The notes beneath the pieces are model-generated. The model saw only the letters and a program-made list of their open reading frames with translations. It searched no databases and had not been told where the DNA came from. From Acidothermus cellulolyticus 11B (lineage in GTDB: Bacteria > Actinomycetota > Actinomycetes > Acidothermales > Acidothermaceae): a DNA stretch of 32,000 nucleotides. Position numbers and translations under genes: made by a program. Positions 15,635-24,366 of this stretch are shown here, one piece after another; the first letter of the stretch is position 1; every line of letters starts with the position of its first letter. The DNA lies in NCBI RefSeq assembly GCF_000015025.1, contig NC_008578.1:30001-62000 (forward strand), written 5' to 3'.

Positions 15635-17398
15635 ATGAACGAGGTCGATTCCTACGCCGGACGTCGGGACGCGGAGAGCTCCTGGCGCGCTTTCGGCTAT
15701 CGTGCTTTCGCGTCGGCGCCCCTCCGGTTGACGTCGGCAACCGCGAACTGGCTGCGCAGCTCCCGGCTCGGGACCGTCGCCGTTGCCTTTCTCGTAGGGA
15801 CTGGCGCCGGCCTCGGCGCTGTCGGATTCCGATGGCTGATATTTACCGTGACCTGGCTTGTGACGGGGCACAAGGAATTTGGGCAGGCGGGCCACATTGG
15901 GAGCTCTCATCTGCCCGCGCTCGGCGTGTGGTTCCTGCTCCTGATTCCAGCGGTTGGCGGCCTCCTCTACGGTCCGTTGATTCAGCGTTTCGCCCCGGAG
16001 GCCCGCGGTCACGGTGTGCCGGAAGTGATGATCGCGGTGGCCGAGAACGGCGGCCGGATCCGCTCCCAGGTAACCGTCGTCAAGGCGCTGGCCTCGGCGC
16101 TCTGCATTGGCACGGGGGGGTCGGTCGGCCGCGAGGGTCCGATCGTCCAGATCGGCTCCGCCTTTGCGTCGAGCATCGGGCAGATCGTGCGGCTACCCGA
16201 AAGCCGCCTGCGCATCTTGGTCGCGTGTGGGGCGGCGGGGGGAATCTCGGCGACCTTCAACGCGCCGATGACCGGGGTTCTCTTCGGGTTCGAGCTGATT
16301 CTCCGGGAGTTCTCGATCGGCGCGCTGCTTCCGATCATCGTCTCGGCGGTGCTTGCTGACATCGTGGGCCGGGCGTTCTTCGGCTCCGGTCCGATCCTCA
16401 GCCAGGTGCCGCATTATCTCGTCCTTCCCCACGACATGGACTTCATCCTCGTCGGCGTTCTCGGGCTCATCGCCGCGGTTATCGGAGTCGGATTCAAGTC
16501 CGCGCTCTACCGGATCGAAGACGTCTGCGACCGGGTCTGGGGTAACCGTCCGGAGTGGGCGCGGCCGGCCGTCGGCGGGATTGTCCTCGGCGTCCTTCTG
16601 CTCGCGCTGCCTCAGCTCTACGGCGTGGGATATCCGGTTATGGACAAGGCGGTTGCGGGCCAGTACGCCTTGTGGTTCCTCCTGCTGCTGATGGTCGGCA
16701 AGATTGTCGCGGCAAGTCTCACGATCGGGATCGGCGGCTCAGGCGGCGTCTTCGCCCCGTCGCTGTTCATCGGGGCTACCGCAGGGACGGCGTTTGGGGC
16801 GGTCGCCGAGCATCTCTTCGGCCCGCAGGTCGGCTCCCCCGCTATCTACGGAATTATCGCCATGGGAGCCGTCTTCGCGGCCGCCGCGCGAGCCCCGTTG
16901 ACGGCGATCGCCAGTGTTATCGAGATGACCGGCAATTTCACTCTGACGCTCCCGGTCATGCTCGCCGTGGGGCTGGCGGCCGGACTGTCGAAGCGGCTGA
17001 CATACGGCACGATCTACACGACGAAGTTGCTGCGCCGAGGCATTGACATCGAGCGGCCGAAGTCCTCCTCCATGCTCCAGGTCCTCACCGTGGCCGACGT
17101 CATGCAGCCGCTGACGGTGCTCGACGGTCAAGGTCGTCTGCAACCAGCCGGTGCGTCTGGCGAAGCCGACGGCCGGGCCGCGGTCGACCCGAGCACCACA
17201 CTGCGCGCAGGAGATCGAGTCCTCGTTCTCGTGCCGGTGCCCTCACGTGATGCTTCCGCCAAAGATGGGGAGGAAGAGTCTCACGACGACGTGCGGGGCG
17301 CCACCGCCGAAGAGGACCACGTGTCGGCGGTACCGACCCTGGACGCTGTGGATCTACCGGACGGCGGCAGAAGCGACAGTCACGTGGTGCTGCGATAA
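15635..17398 (+). CDS. ClC-family chloride channel / H+/Cl- antiporter
   Basis: Signature motifs GHGVPEV (GSGIPE-type), GREGPIVQIG and GGVFAPSLFIG, with many TM segments. The ORF-track start at 15299 overlaps the TetR gene and is Arg-rich. The ATG at 15635 (MNEVDSYAGRRD...) is the preferred start. Confidence 0.9.
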   Translation: MNEVDSYAGRRDAESSWRAFGYRAFASAPLRLTSATANWLRSSRLGTVAVAFLVGTGAGLGAVGFRWLIFTVTWLVTGHKEFGQAGHIGSSHLPALGVWFLLLIPAVGGLLYGPLIQRFAPEARGHGVPEVMIAVAENGGRIRSQVTVVKALASALCIGTGGSVGREGPIVQIGSAFASSIGQIVRLPESRLRILVACGAAGGISATFNAPMTGVLFGFELILREFSIGALLPIIVSAVLADIVGRAFFGSGPILSQVPHYLVLPHDMDFILVGVLGLIAAVIGVGFKSALYRIEDVCDRVWGNRPEWARPAVGGIVLGVLLLALPQLYGVGYPVMDKAVAGQYALWFLLLLMVGKIVAASLTIGIGGSGGVFAPSLFIGATAGTAFGAVAEHLFGPQVGSPAIYGIIAMGAVFAAAARAPLTAIASVIEMTGNFTLTLPVMLAVGLAAGLSKRLTYGTIYTTKLLRRGIDIERPKSSSMLQVLTVADVMQPLTVLDGQGRLQPAGASGEADGRAAVDPSTTLRAGDRVLVLVPVPSRDASAKDGEEESHDDVRGATAEEDHVSAVPTLDAVDLPDGGRSDSHVVLR

Positions 17399-17539
17399 GG
17401 ATGCACGTATCGCCCGGCAGCTGTGCAGATGCCCGACCGGCGTAGGCTCTCTGTCACACGTGACATTCATGTCGTCAGCGACACCGGCCGCAAACGGCCT
17501 GCCGGCCGCAAACGGCCGCAACCTGCCCGGGAGCAGCGG

Positions 17540-18028
17540 ATGAGCCAGGAACACGCCCGTACGGAAGGCCAGGGGAAGGCAACACATGTCGGCCTGGATC
17601 TCGAGCACGACTACCGCTTCCGGGTCGACTTCGGTGCGCATCACGAGCCGCTGGTCATGGATGAACCGCCACCCTTGGGCAACAATGACGGACCTAACGC
17701 ATCTGCCGTGCTCGCGGCTGCGGTAGGCAACTGCCTGAGCGCCAGCCTGCTGTACTGCCTTCGGAAGGCCCGGATCGAAGTGGACGGCATGCACACCGAC
17801 GTCCGCGTCAGCCTCGCGCGCAACGAAGCCGGCCGGCTTCGGGTGAGCGCGATCCGTGTCGAATTGCAGCCCAGAGTGACGGACGAGACGAGCGGCCGGG
17901 TGGAGCGCTGTCGTCAGTTGTTCGAGGATTTCTGTGTGGTGACCGAAAGCGTGCGCACGGGTATCGACGTCGAGGTGATTGTCTCGCCGGAGTCCGCTGC
18001 GCCACCGGTTGCTGAGCCGCATCCGTAA
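17540..18028 (+). CDS. OsmC/Ohr-family protein
   Basis: PPPLGNNDGPNASAVLAAAVGNCLSASLLYCL and CVVTESVRTGIDV are typical OsmC-fold motifs. ATG at 17540 with GGGAG 7 nt upstream. Confidence 0.85.
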   Translation: MSQEHARTEGQGKATHVGLDLEHDYRFRVDFGAHHEPLVMDEPPPLGNNDGPNASAVLAAAVGNCLSASLLYCLRKARIEVDGMHTDVRVSLARNEAGRLRVSAIRVELQPRVTDETSGRVERCRQLFEDFCVVTESVRTGIDVEVIVSPESAAPPVAEPHP

Positions 18029-18158
18029 CTCTGCGGCGGCGCTGTTCCACCAGCTGCGGCGATTGTCTTTGTACCAACGGCAGGCGTCACGACCTAGGCG
18101 GTTGCACGCGTCGCTTCGCTGACGCAGCATCGTCCGACCGCTCGCCTAGGGTTGTCTC

Positions 18159-19064
18159 GTGACCAGTGTGTTCGAGGTTGAGCGGGTGCAGGTGTCGGCT
18201 GAGCTTCGGCTGGCGGTTCGCCGACTGCGGGGACCGCGCCGGCCGTTTCTCCTGGTGCACGGCCTCGCGTCGAATGCCCGATTGTGGGACGGCGTCGCCC
18301 AGCATCTTGCCGCGGCGGGTCACGAAACGGTAGCCGTGGATTTGCGCGGGCACGGCGAATCCGACGCTCCCGCAGCCAGATATGACACCGCCACCGCAGC
18401 GGCGGATGTGCACGAACTCTGCCGCCGGATGAACCTTACGGGGAATCGCCGACCCATTGCCGTCGGCCAGTCGTGGGGCGGGAACGTCGTCCTCACCCTG
18501 GCCGCGCGGCACGGCGGCGCGGCCGGTCTTGTCCTGGTGGACGGCGGATGGCTCCACCTCGCCGACCGGTTTCCCACGTTCGACGACTGCTGGGCCGCTC
18601 TCGCCCCGCCGCAATTCGACGGGGTGCGGTTCGACGACGTCCGCCGTCACCTGGCGGAGATGCATCCCGACTGGTCACCGGAGGCGCGTGACGCCGTCCT
18701 CGGCAACTTCCGCATTCTCGAGGACGGGACCGTGCGCGCCCGCCTTGAGCGGGACCACCACCGGAGCATTCTTTTCTCGCTCTGGTCGGAAAATCCCCGA
18801 GACCTCTACCCCTTGGTCGATGTTCCGGTGTTCGTCATTCCGGCAATTCCGCCGAATTTCGACCCGGCAACCGACGACGAGCAGCTCATCGAAGCCAAGC
18901 CCGGCCTCTACGATGCGCTGAACATGCTGGCGGATGTCGACGTCCGTTGGTACGTCGGGGCTGACCACGATCTGCACGCCCAGTACCCGGAGCGGCTGGC
19001 GGCGGACCTGCTTGCGTTCGCGACCCGCGTCGATTCGCCCGAACGCGACGCCACCGGGCGATGA
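18159..19064 (+). CDS. Alpha/beta hydrolase
   Basis: LLVHGLASNARLWDGV (HG oxyanion motif), DLRGHGESD and the nucleophile elbow VGQSWGG, with a C-terminal DH pair (GADHDLH). Confidence 0.85.
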   Translation: MTSVFEVERVQVSAELRLAVRRLRGPRRPFLLVHGLASNARLWDGVAQHLAAAGHETVAVDLRGHGESDAPAARYDTATAAADVHELCRRMNLTGNRRPIAVGQSWGGNVVLTLAARHGGAAGLVLVDGGWLHLADRFPTFDDCWAALAPPQFDGVRFDDVRRHLAEMHPDWSPEARDAVLGNFRILEDGTVRARLERDHHRSILFSLWSENPRDLYPLVDVPVFVIPAIPPNFDPATDDEQLIEAKPGLYDALNMLADVDVRWYVGADHDLHAQYPERLAADLLAFATRVDSPERDATGR

Positions 19065-19170
19065 CGAGGCCGTCACTCCTGTGCGCCCCCTCACCACCGC
19101 CGACCGCGGCCTCTCGTTTCGGGCCGACGCACCGTTCTCGATTACATAAGCGCGTGATATAAATGACGGC

Positions 19171-19752
19171 GTGGCCAAAACGGACGCCGCCGATCTAGCC
19201 GCACTCTTCGACCGCATCCTCTGGTCATTACGAACCATCACACCCAGGCCGGAGAGTGCCACCGCGCTCTCCGTTCTTGACACGCTCGACCGCGAAGGGC
19301 CGCTGCGCATCAGCGACCTCGTCACGCGCGAGCACATCAGTCAACCGGGCATGACTCAGCTCGCCTGCCGCCTCGAACACTCCGGGCTCGTCCGCCGGCT
19401 CGGCGATCCAGTCGACCGCCGCGCCACCGTGGTGGAAATCACTCGTGACGGTCGCAACGTTCTGCATGAATTCCGGACGCAGCGCGCGTCGGCGCTCGCC
19501 CGCGCACTCGCCGCCCTTTCACCGGCTCATCGTGCCCAGCTTCGTGCCGCGCACCCGGCTCTTGCCGCCCTCCGTTGCGCGCTCGCCGTGTCCGTGCGGG
19601 GCGAATCATCGGAGGCCGCCGGATGGCACGAGCCTGCGCGGACACCAGGCCACCAGGCACCCTCCGGCGGGCGTACCCGCGGCGCAGCCCTACGTCGCCG
19701 AAGCTCGTCATCACCAGACCGCGAAAGGAGAATGCGTGCTGCGAAGCGCTGA
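19171..19752 (+). CDS. MarR-family transcriptional regulator
   Basis: Winged HTH: LSVLDTLDREGPLRISDLVTREHISQPGMTQLACRLEHSGLVRRLGDPVDRRATVVEITRDG. GTG start. The basic tail of about 40 aa is longer than in a typical MarR and overlaps the MFS start by 17 nt. Confidence 0.8.
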   Translation: MAKTDAADLAALFDRILWSLRTITPRPESATALSVLDTLDREGPLRISDLVTREHISQPGMTQLACRLEHSGLVRRLGDPVDRRATVVEITRDGRNVLHEFRTQRASALARALAALSPAHRAQLRAAHPALAALRCALAVSVRGESSEAAGWHEPARTPGHQAPSGGRTRGAALRRRSSSSPDRERRMRAAKR

Positions 19753-20989
19753 CAGGTCGAACAGCCTGCTCCGTCAGCCGCGCGCCGTATATGCGGTGGC
19801 GTTCGCCTGCGTCATTTCCTTCATGGGGATCGGCCTCGTCGACCCGATCCTGCCTGCGTTGGCGGCGAAACTCCACGCCACCCCAAGCCAGGTGGAACTC
19901 CTCTTCACCTCATATCTCGTCATCACCGCGGTCGCCATGCTCATTACCGGCTGGGTGGCCGGCCGGCTCGGTTCGAAGAACACGCTCCTGGTCGGCCTCG
20001 CGCTCGTCGTCATCTTCTCGGCTCTCGCCGGGGCGAGTCGCACCATCGGAGGGATCGTCGGCTTCCGGGCCGGCTGGGGCCTGGGAAACGCGCTCTTCAT
20101 CGCGACCTCGTTGGCGGTCATTGTCGCCTCGGCCGCGGGCGGCTTCGGGGCGGCCATCATTCTCTACGAGACCGCCCTCGGCATCGGCATCGCCTCCGGA
20201 CCGTTGCTGGGCGGACTGTTGGGCAACGTCAGTTGGCGGGGGCCGTTCTTCGGTGTCGCCGTCCTCATGGCCGCCGCGCTCGTCGCCACTCTCGTTCTCT
20301 TGCCGCCGACGCCGCGGCCTGCGGTGCGCAGCCGGTTACGGGATCCGATCCTCGCGCTCGAGCACGGACCCTTGGCGCGCGTGAGTCTGACCGGTCTCTT
20401 TTACAACTGGGGATTCTTCACCGTGCTCGGATACTCCCCGTTCCTGATGCACCTGTCGGCGCTTGACCTCGGCTGGGTGTTCTTCGGCTGGGGCGTACTA
20501 GTTGCAATCTTTGCCATCATCATTGCGCCGATGCTGCGGCGTCGCTTCGGTACCGCACCAACCCTGTACGTCAATTTGGCCTTGGTGGCCGTGGGCCTGC
20601 TGGTCATCGGCGGCTGGGCGGCCCATCCGCTCGTCATCATCGTGACCGTCATCCTCTTCGGCTCAGTCGTCGGAATCAACAACACCCTCGTCACCACCGC
20701 GGTGATGAGCGTGGCGCCGGTCCCCCGTCCGGTAGCCTCGGCTGCCTACGGTTTTGTCCGTTTCATCGGTGGCGGCCTGGCCCCGTACGTCGCCGGCAAG
20801 CTTGTCGAGCACGTCGGCGTTCACGTGCCTTTTGTCATCGGCGCTGTCGTTGTGCTGGCTGGAATCGTGAGCCTCGCCGGCGCCCGTGATGCTCTCGACG
20901 CCGCTGATCGAAGTGACGCCGTGCCCGCTGCGGCATCTGCTCCAGTGGTCGCGGCACCGGTCGGCTGCCTGGAACCCGGCGAATCCTGA
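19736..20989 (+). CDS. MFS transporter (drug-efflux-like), probably co-transcribed with MarR
   Basis: About 12 hydrophobic segments. The GWVAGRLGSKNTLLVG loop 2-3 motif is typical of MFS. The start is set at the in-frame GTG at 19736, 5 nt after AAGGAG. The upstream part of the 514-aa track ORF is out-of-frame overlap with MarR. Confidence 0.85.
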   Translation: MLRSADRSNSLLRQPRAVYAVAFACVISFMGIGLVDPILPALAAKLHATPSQVELLFTSYLVITAVAMLITGWVAGRLGSKNTLLVGLALVVIFSALAGASRTIGGIVGFRAGWGLGNALFIATSLAVIVASAAGGFGAAIILYETALGIGIASGPLLGGLLGNVSWRGPFFGVAVLMAAALVATLVLLPPTPRPAVRSRLRDPILALEHGPLARVSLTGLFYNWGFFTVLGYSPFLMHLSALDLGWVFFGWGVLVAIFAIIIAPMLRRRFGTAPTLYVNLALVAVGLLVIGGWAAHPLVIIVTVILFGSVVGINNTLVTTAVMSVAPVPRPVASAAYGFVRFIGGGLAPYVAGKLVEHVGVHVPFVIGAVVVLAGIVSLAGARDALDAADRSDAVPAAASAPVVAAPVGCLEPGES

Positions 20990-21103
20990 CGGACCAGCGA
21001 CCGCAACCCGTACCGTGCCCGTCCCAACGGCACGTCGGTCGTGCGGCCGACGCGCTGTGCGCGAATACTGGCTACATCACGGTGGTGATGAGAGGAGACG
21101 GAG

Positions 21104-21544
21104 ATGAATTGGCGTTGGTCGTTACGGGCCCGGGACGGCGGAATGACCGGACTCGAATTCGCGAGCGCGGTCACGGGCGGCGGGCATTACCGGGTTCTGG
21201 TTCATGCCGCGCCCGCTCAGCTCGCCGTCGAGGTTCGTCACCTGGACGACGACCAGCTTGTCGCCCGCTCCGACGCGGACCGTGACGGGGAGTACTCCCC
21301 GATGACCCTCCTCACCATCGCCGACGGACGTGTGCGCCGCGACGAAGTATGGCCCACCCCGGAGTTTTACGGACTTCCGGTGATCCTCGCCGGCGGTGAG
21401 GTAGGTGTCCTGCGCTACTGGGAGCATGCCGCTGATCACAGCTGGTGGCGGTGGCTCATCGAGTTTTCCAATCACAAGGGATGGCCGCCGGACTGGCGTC
21501 CGCCGGAGTTGCCGCCGGACGCCCTCCGGCCGGCAATCAGCTGA
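21104..21544 (+). CDS. Hypothetical protein (146 aa), Trp-rich C-terminus
   Basis: ATG with AGGAGACGGAG upstream. Plausible globular sequence (YRVLVHAAPAQLAVEVRHLDDD...GVLRYWEHAADHSWWRWLIEFSNHKGWPPDW). No family recognised. Confidence 0.55.
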   Translation: MNWRWSLRARDGGMTGLEFASAVTGGGHYRVLVHAAPAQLAVEVRHLDDDQLVARSDADRDGEYSPMTLLTIADGRVRRDEVWPTPEFYGLPVILAGGEVGVLRYWEHAADHSWWRWLIEFSNHKGWPPDWRPPELPPDALRPAIS

Positions 21545-22898
21545 GGATCTCCAGCGCGGTCCGGGCCGCCGCGACCGCCCGCTCGGCGTAGCCGCCGCCG
21601 AAGAGCGTCGCGTGGACGAGCAACGGGTGAAGCTGGTGGAGCGGCAGCCGCCGGCGCCAGCCCGGGTCAAGCGGCGCGACTTCGTGGTAACCCGCCAGGA
21701 TGTCGTCGAAGTACGGCGTCCCGAAGAGCGCCAACATCGCGAGGTCGGTTTCCCGGTGTCCGCCATGTGCCGCAGCGGTGTCGACCAGCCAGACTCGGCC
21801 GTCCGCCGCCCAGACGAGATTGCCTGACCAGAGGTCGCCGTGAATTCGCGCGGGTGGTTCCGTGGGCCCGGCGAGCCGGTCGATGACGTCGCAGACCTCT
21901 TCAACCACGTCACGCTGTCGTCGCGGGAGCGCCTGGAGAAACGGCCGGAGACGGCACTTGGCGTAGAACTCCGGCCACGACGCGGTCGGTTCATTCGGCA
22001 GCGGCAAAGTCCCGATGAAACCAGGCTCCGCCGCGCCGAAGTACGGCGGCGCCGAGGCGTGCATTCGGGCAAGCCGCCGGCCGAATTCCCGGGCCGCCCG
22101 AGGATTCGGGCGGTCTTCCTCGATCCACGACACGACCAACGCGTCCTCGGTCACGGCGAGGATCTCCGGCAGCGGCGGTCCGCCTGGCACGGCGAGGAAC
22201 TCCCGGCCGCGCGCCTCGGCGGTGAAAAACCCCGCCGGCGCGTTGCGGAGGGTCTTGACGAAGACTGGCCGTCCGTGCCGATCGGCTCCGCGCCAGGATT
22301 CACAGATGTCACCGCCGGATACGCGGCTCACCAGGGTGACGGAGAGGCCGGCGTCGGCCGCTTCGACCGGACGTTCCGCCGGGCTTGTCGGTGCAGCCGA
22401 CCGGCCGGCCAGTCGGCGTTCCAGCTCATCGACGAGGGCGGTGCACGACCGCTCGATCATGGCGAGTACCGTGTCGAATCCCTCCGGCCCGCCGTAGTAC
22501 GGATCGGGAACGTCGACGTCGCCGTCCGCAAGCGGATCGAATTCCCGAAGCAGTCGGATCTTCCCGCGCTGGTGTGCGGCGGCCCGGCGTTGCAGCGCGC
22601 GCAGATTCTCTTCGTCCACCGCGAGGATGAGGTCGTATTCGTCGAACCATGCCGGTTCGAAGCGACGCGCGCGATGACGTGCTATTTCCGCCCCGTCGTA
22701 CCCGCGACGCCGAAGCACCGCCGCGGTCCGCTCGTCCATCGGCTCACCCACGTGCCAGTCCCCGGTGCCGGCGCTGGACACCTGTACGGCGCCGGACAGT
22801 CCGCGCTCAGCCAGCAATTGCCGCGTGACTACCGTCGCCATCGGCGATCGGCAGATGTTTCCCAAGCACACAAAGCAAACCGCGACCATGGCTGCCAT
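21537..22898 (-). CDS. Fusion protein: low-molecular-weight protein-tyrosine phosphatase + fructosamine/ketosamine-3-kinase family domain
   Basis: N-terminal domain: [15 protein letters not shown] (the CX5R(S/T) P-loop) and VPDPYYGG (the Asp loop). C-terminal domain: [22 protein letters not shown] and [21 protein letters not shown], which are fructosamine-kinase signatures. A continuous frame runs through the linker [21 protein letters not shown]. The start is taken as the ATG at 22898 (or 22889). The track N-terminus up to 23168 crosses the intergenic repeats and is rejected. Confidence 0.85.
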   Translation of the reverse strand: MAAMVAVCFVCLGNICRSPMATVVTRQLLAERGLSGAVQVSSAGTGDWHVGEPMDERTAAVLRRRGYDGAEIARHRARRFEPAWFDEYDLILAVDEENLRALQRRAAAHQRGKIRLLREFDPLADGDVDVPDPYYGGPEGFDTVLAMIERSCTALVDELERRLAGRSAAPTSPAERPVEAADAGLSVTLVSRVSGGDICESWRGADRHGRPVFVKTLRNAPAGFFTAEARGREFLAVPGGPPLPEILAVTEDALVVSWIEEDRPNPRAAREFGRRLARMHASAPPYFGAAEPGFIGTLPLPNEPTASWPEFYAKCRLRPFLQALPRRQRDVVEEVCDVIDRLAGPTEPPARIHGDLWSGNLVWAADGRVWLVDTAAAHGGHRETDLAMLALFGTPYFDDILAGYHEVAPLDPGWRRRLPLHQLHPLLVHATLFGGGYAERAVAAARTALEILS

Positions 22899-22903
22899 TC
22901 CAT

Positions 22904-22992
22904 CACGTCGTACCGTCCGGAGGGGAAACGACCACGTCGCACCGTCCGGAAGGGAAACGCACCACGTTGTACTGTCGGGACGGGAAACGACG
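22904..22992. repeat. Tandem repeat, 3 x ~30 bp, in the ptp-kinase / manD divergent region
   Basis: Units at 22904-22932, 22933-22962 and 22963-22992: CACGTCGTACCGTCCGGAGGGGAAACGAC / CACGTCGCACCGTCCGGAAGGGAAACGCAC / CACGTTGTACTGTCGGGACGGGAAACGACG. Confidence 0.9.
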
Positions 22993-23029
22993 CAGGGGAT
23001 CGCCTGGATCGGGAAGGACGGCGTCCGAG

Positions 23030-24246
23030 TGAGCGACCGCATCGTCGATGCCAAGGTCATCGTGACCTGCCCGGGCCGTAATTTCGTCACGCTGAAACTC
23101 ACCACCGCGGACGGCGTCACCGGTCTCGGCGACGCGACGCTCAACGGACGCGAGCTTGCGGTCGCCACGTATCTTCAGGAGTACGTCTGCCCCCTGCTCC
23201 TCGGACGCGACCCGGCGCAGATCAACGACACCTGGCAGTACCTGTACCGGGGGGCCTACTGGCGCCGCGGCCCGGTAACGATGGCGTCCATCGCCGCCGT
23301 TGACATGGCCTTATGGGACATCAAGGCCAAGACCGCTGGAATGCCTCTCTACCAGTTGCTCGGCGGCCGGGCCCGCGATGGTGTGACCGTCTACGGTCAC
23401 GCGAACGGCCGGGACATTCCGGAAGTCCTTGACGAAGTCGCCGCTTTCCTTGAACGCGGTTACAAGGCCGTCCGGGTCCAGGTGGGCATTCCCGGCCTGG
23501 GCGCGGTGTACGGCGTGAGCAAGGACCGCACGTTCTACGAACCGGCCACCGGCACCGACCGGCCGGAGGAGACCCGCTGGTCAACCGAGGCGTATCTGCA
23601 TTTCGTGCCGCAGCTCTTCGCCGCGGTCCGTGACCGGTTCGGCTTCGATTTCCACCTCCTGCACGACGCCCACCACCGCTTGACGCCGACCGAGGCGGCA
23701 AAATTCGGCAAGCGGATTGAAGAGTACGACCTCTTCTGGTTGGAGGATCCGACCCCTGCTGAGGCGCAGGACGCCTTCCGCATCATCAAGCAGCACACGA
23801 CGACCCCGATCGCGGTCGGTGAAGTCTTCAACACGATCTGGGATTGCCACCAGCTCATTAGCGAGCGACTCATTGATTTCATCCGGGTGACGCCGGTGCA
23901 CGCCGGCGGCGTGAGTCACGTGAAGCGCATCGTCGAATTCGCCGACCTCTACGGCGTGCGAAGCGGTTTCCACGGTGCGACGGACATGTCACCGGTCTGT
24001 ATGGCCGCCGCGATCCACCTCGACATGTCGATAGCAAACTTCGGACTGCAGGAGTACATGCACCACACCGAGGAGACCAACGCCGTTTTCCGCCATGCGT
24101 ATTACTTTGCCGACGGCTGCCTGCACCCCGGTGACGAACCCGGTCTCGGTGTCACACTGGACGAAGAACTCGCGGCGACGTTTCCGTACCGACGCGCCTA
24201 TCTGCCGGTGAACCGGCTTCTTGACGGCACGATGTTCCACTGGTGA
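23030..24246 (+). CDS. manD: D-mannonate dehydratase-type enolase-superfamily enzyme (ManD / D-galactonate dehydratase family)
   Basis: [58 protein letters not shown]...[25 protein letters not shown] matches the ManD N-terminus very closely. Start at the GTG at 23030 ([10 protein letters not shown]) with GGGAAGGA upstream, giving about 405 aa. Confidence 0.9.
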
Positions 24247-24366
24247 TTTCGCCGTCCGTTCAGGCTCGTCCCAGCTTGTTCTCAGATTTCCCCCGGAGAC
24301 TCGGCGCTGGTGCGCGGGCCGTGCCTGCCGCCGCGAACACGCGCACCGTCGCGACGGGAGAGGCTG

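Noticed and set aside
21122-23081. 316-aa reverse (21122..22072) and 413-aa forward (21840..23081) ORFs
   Set aside because: These are out-of-frame or antisense overlaps of the PTP::fructosamine-kinase gene and the 146-aa gene. Their composition is Arg-rich and low-complexity.
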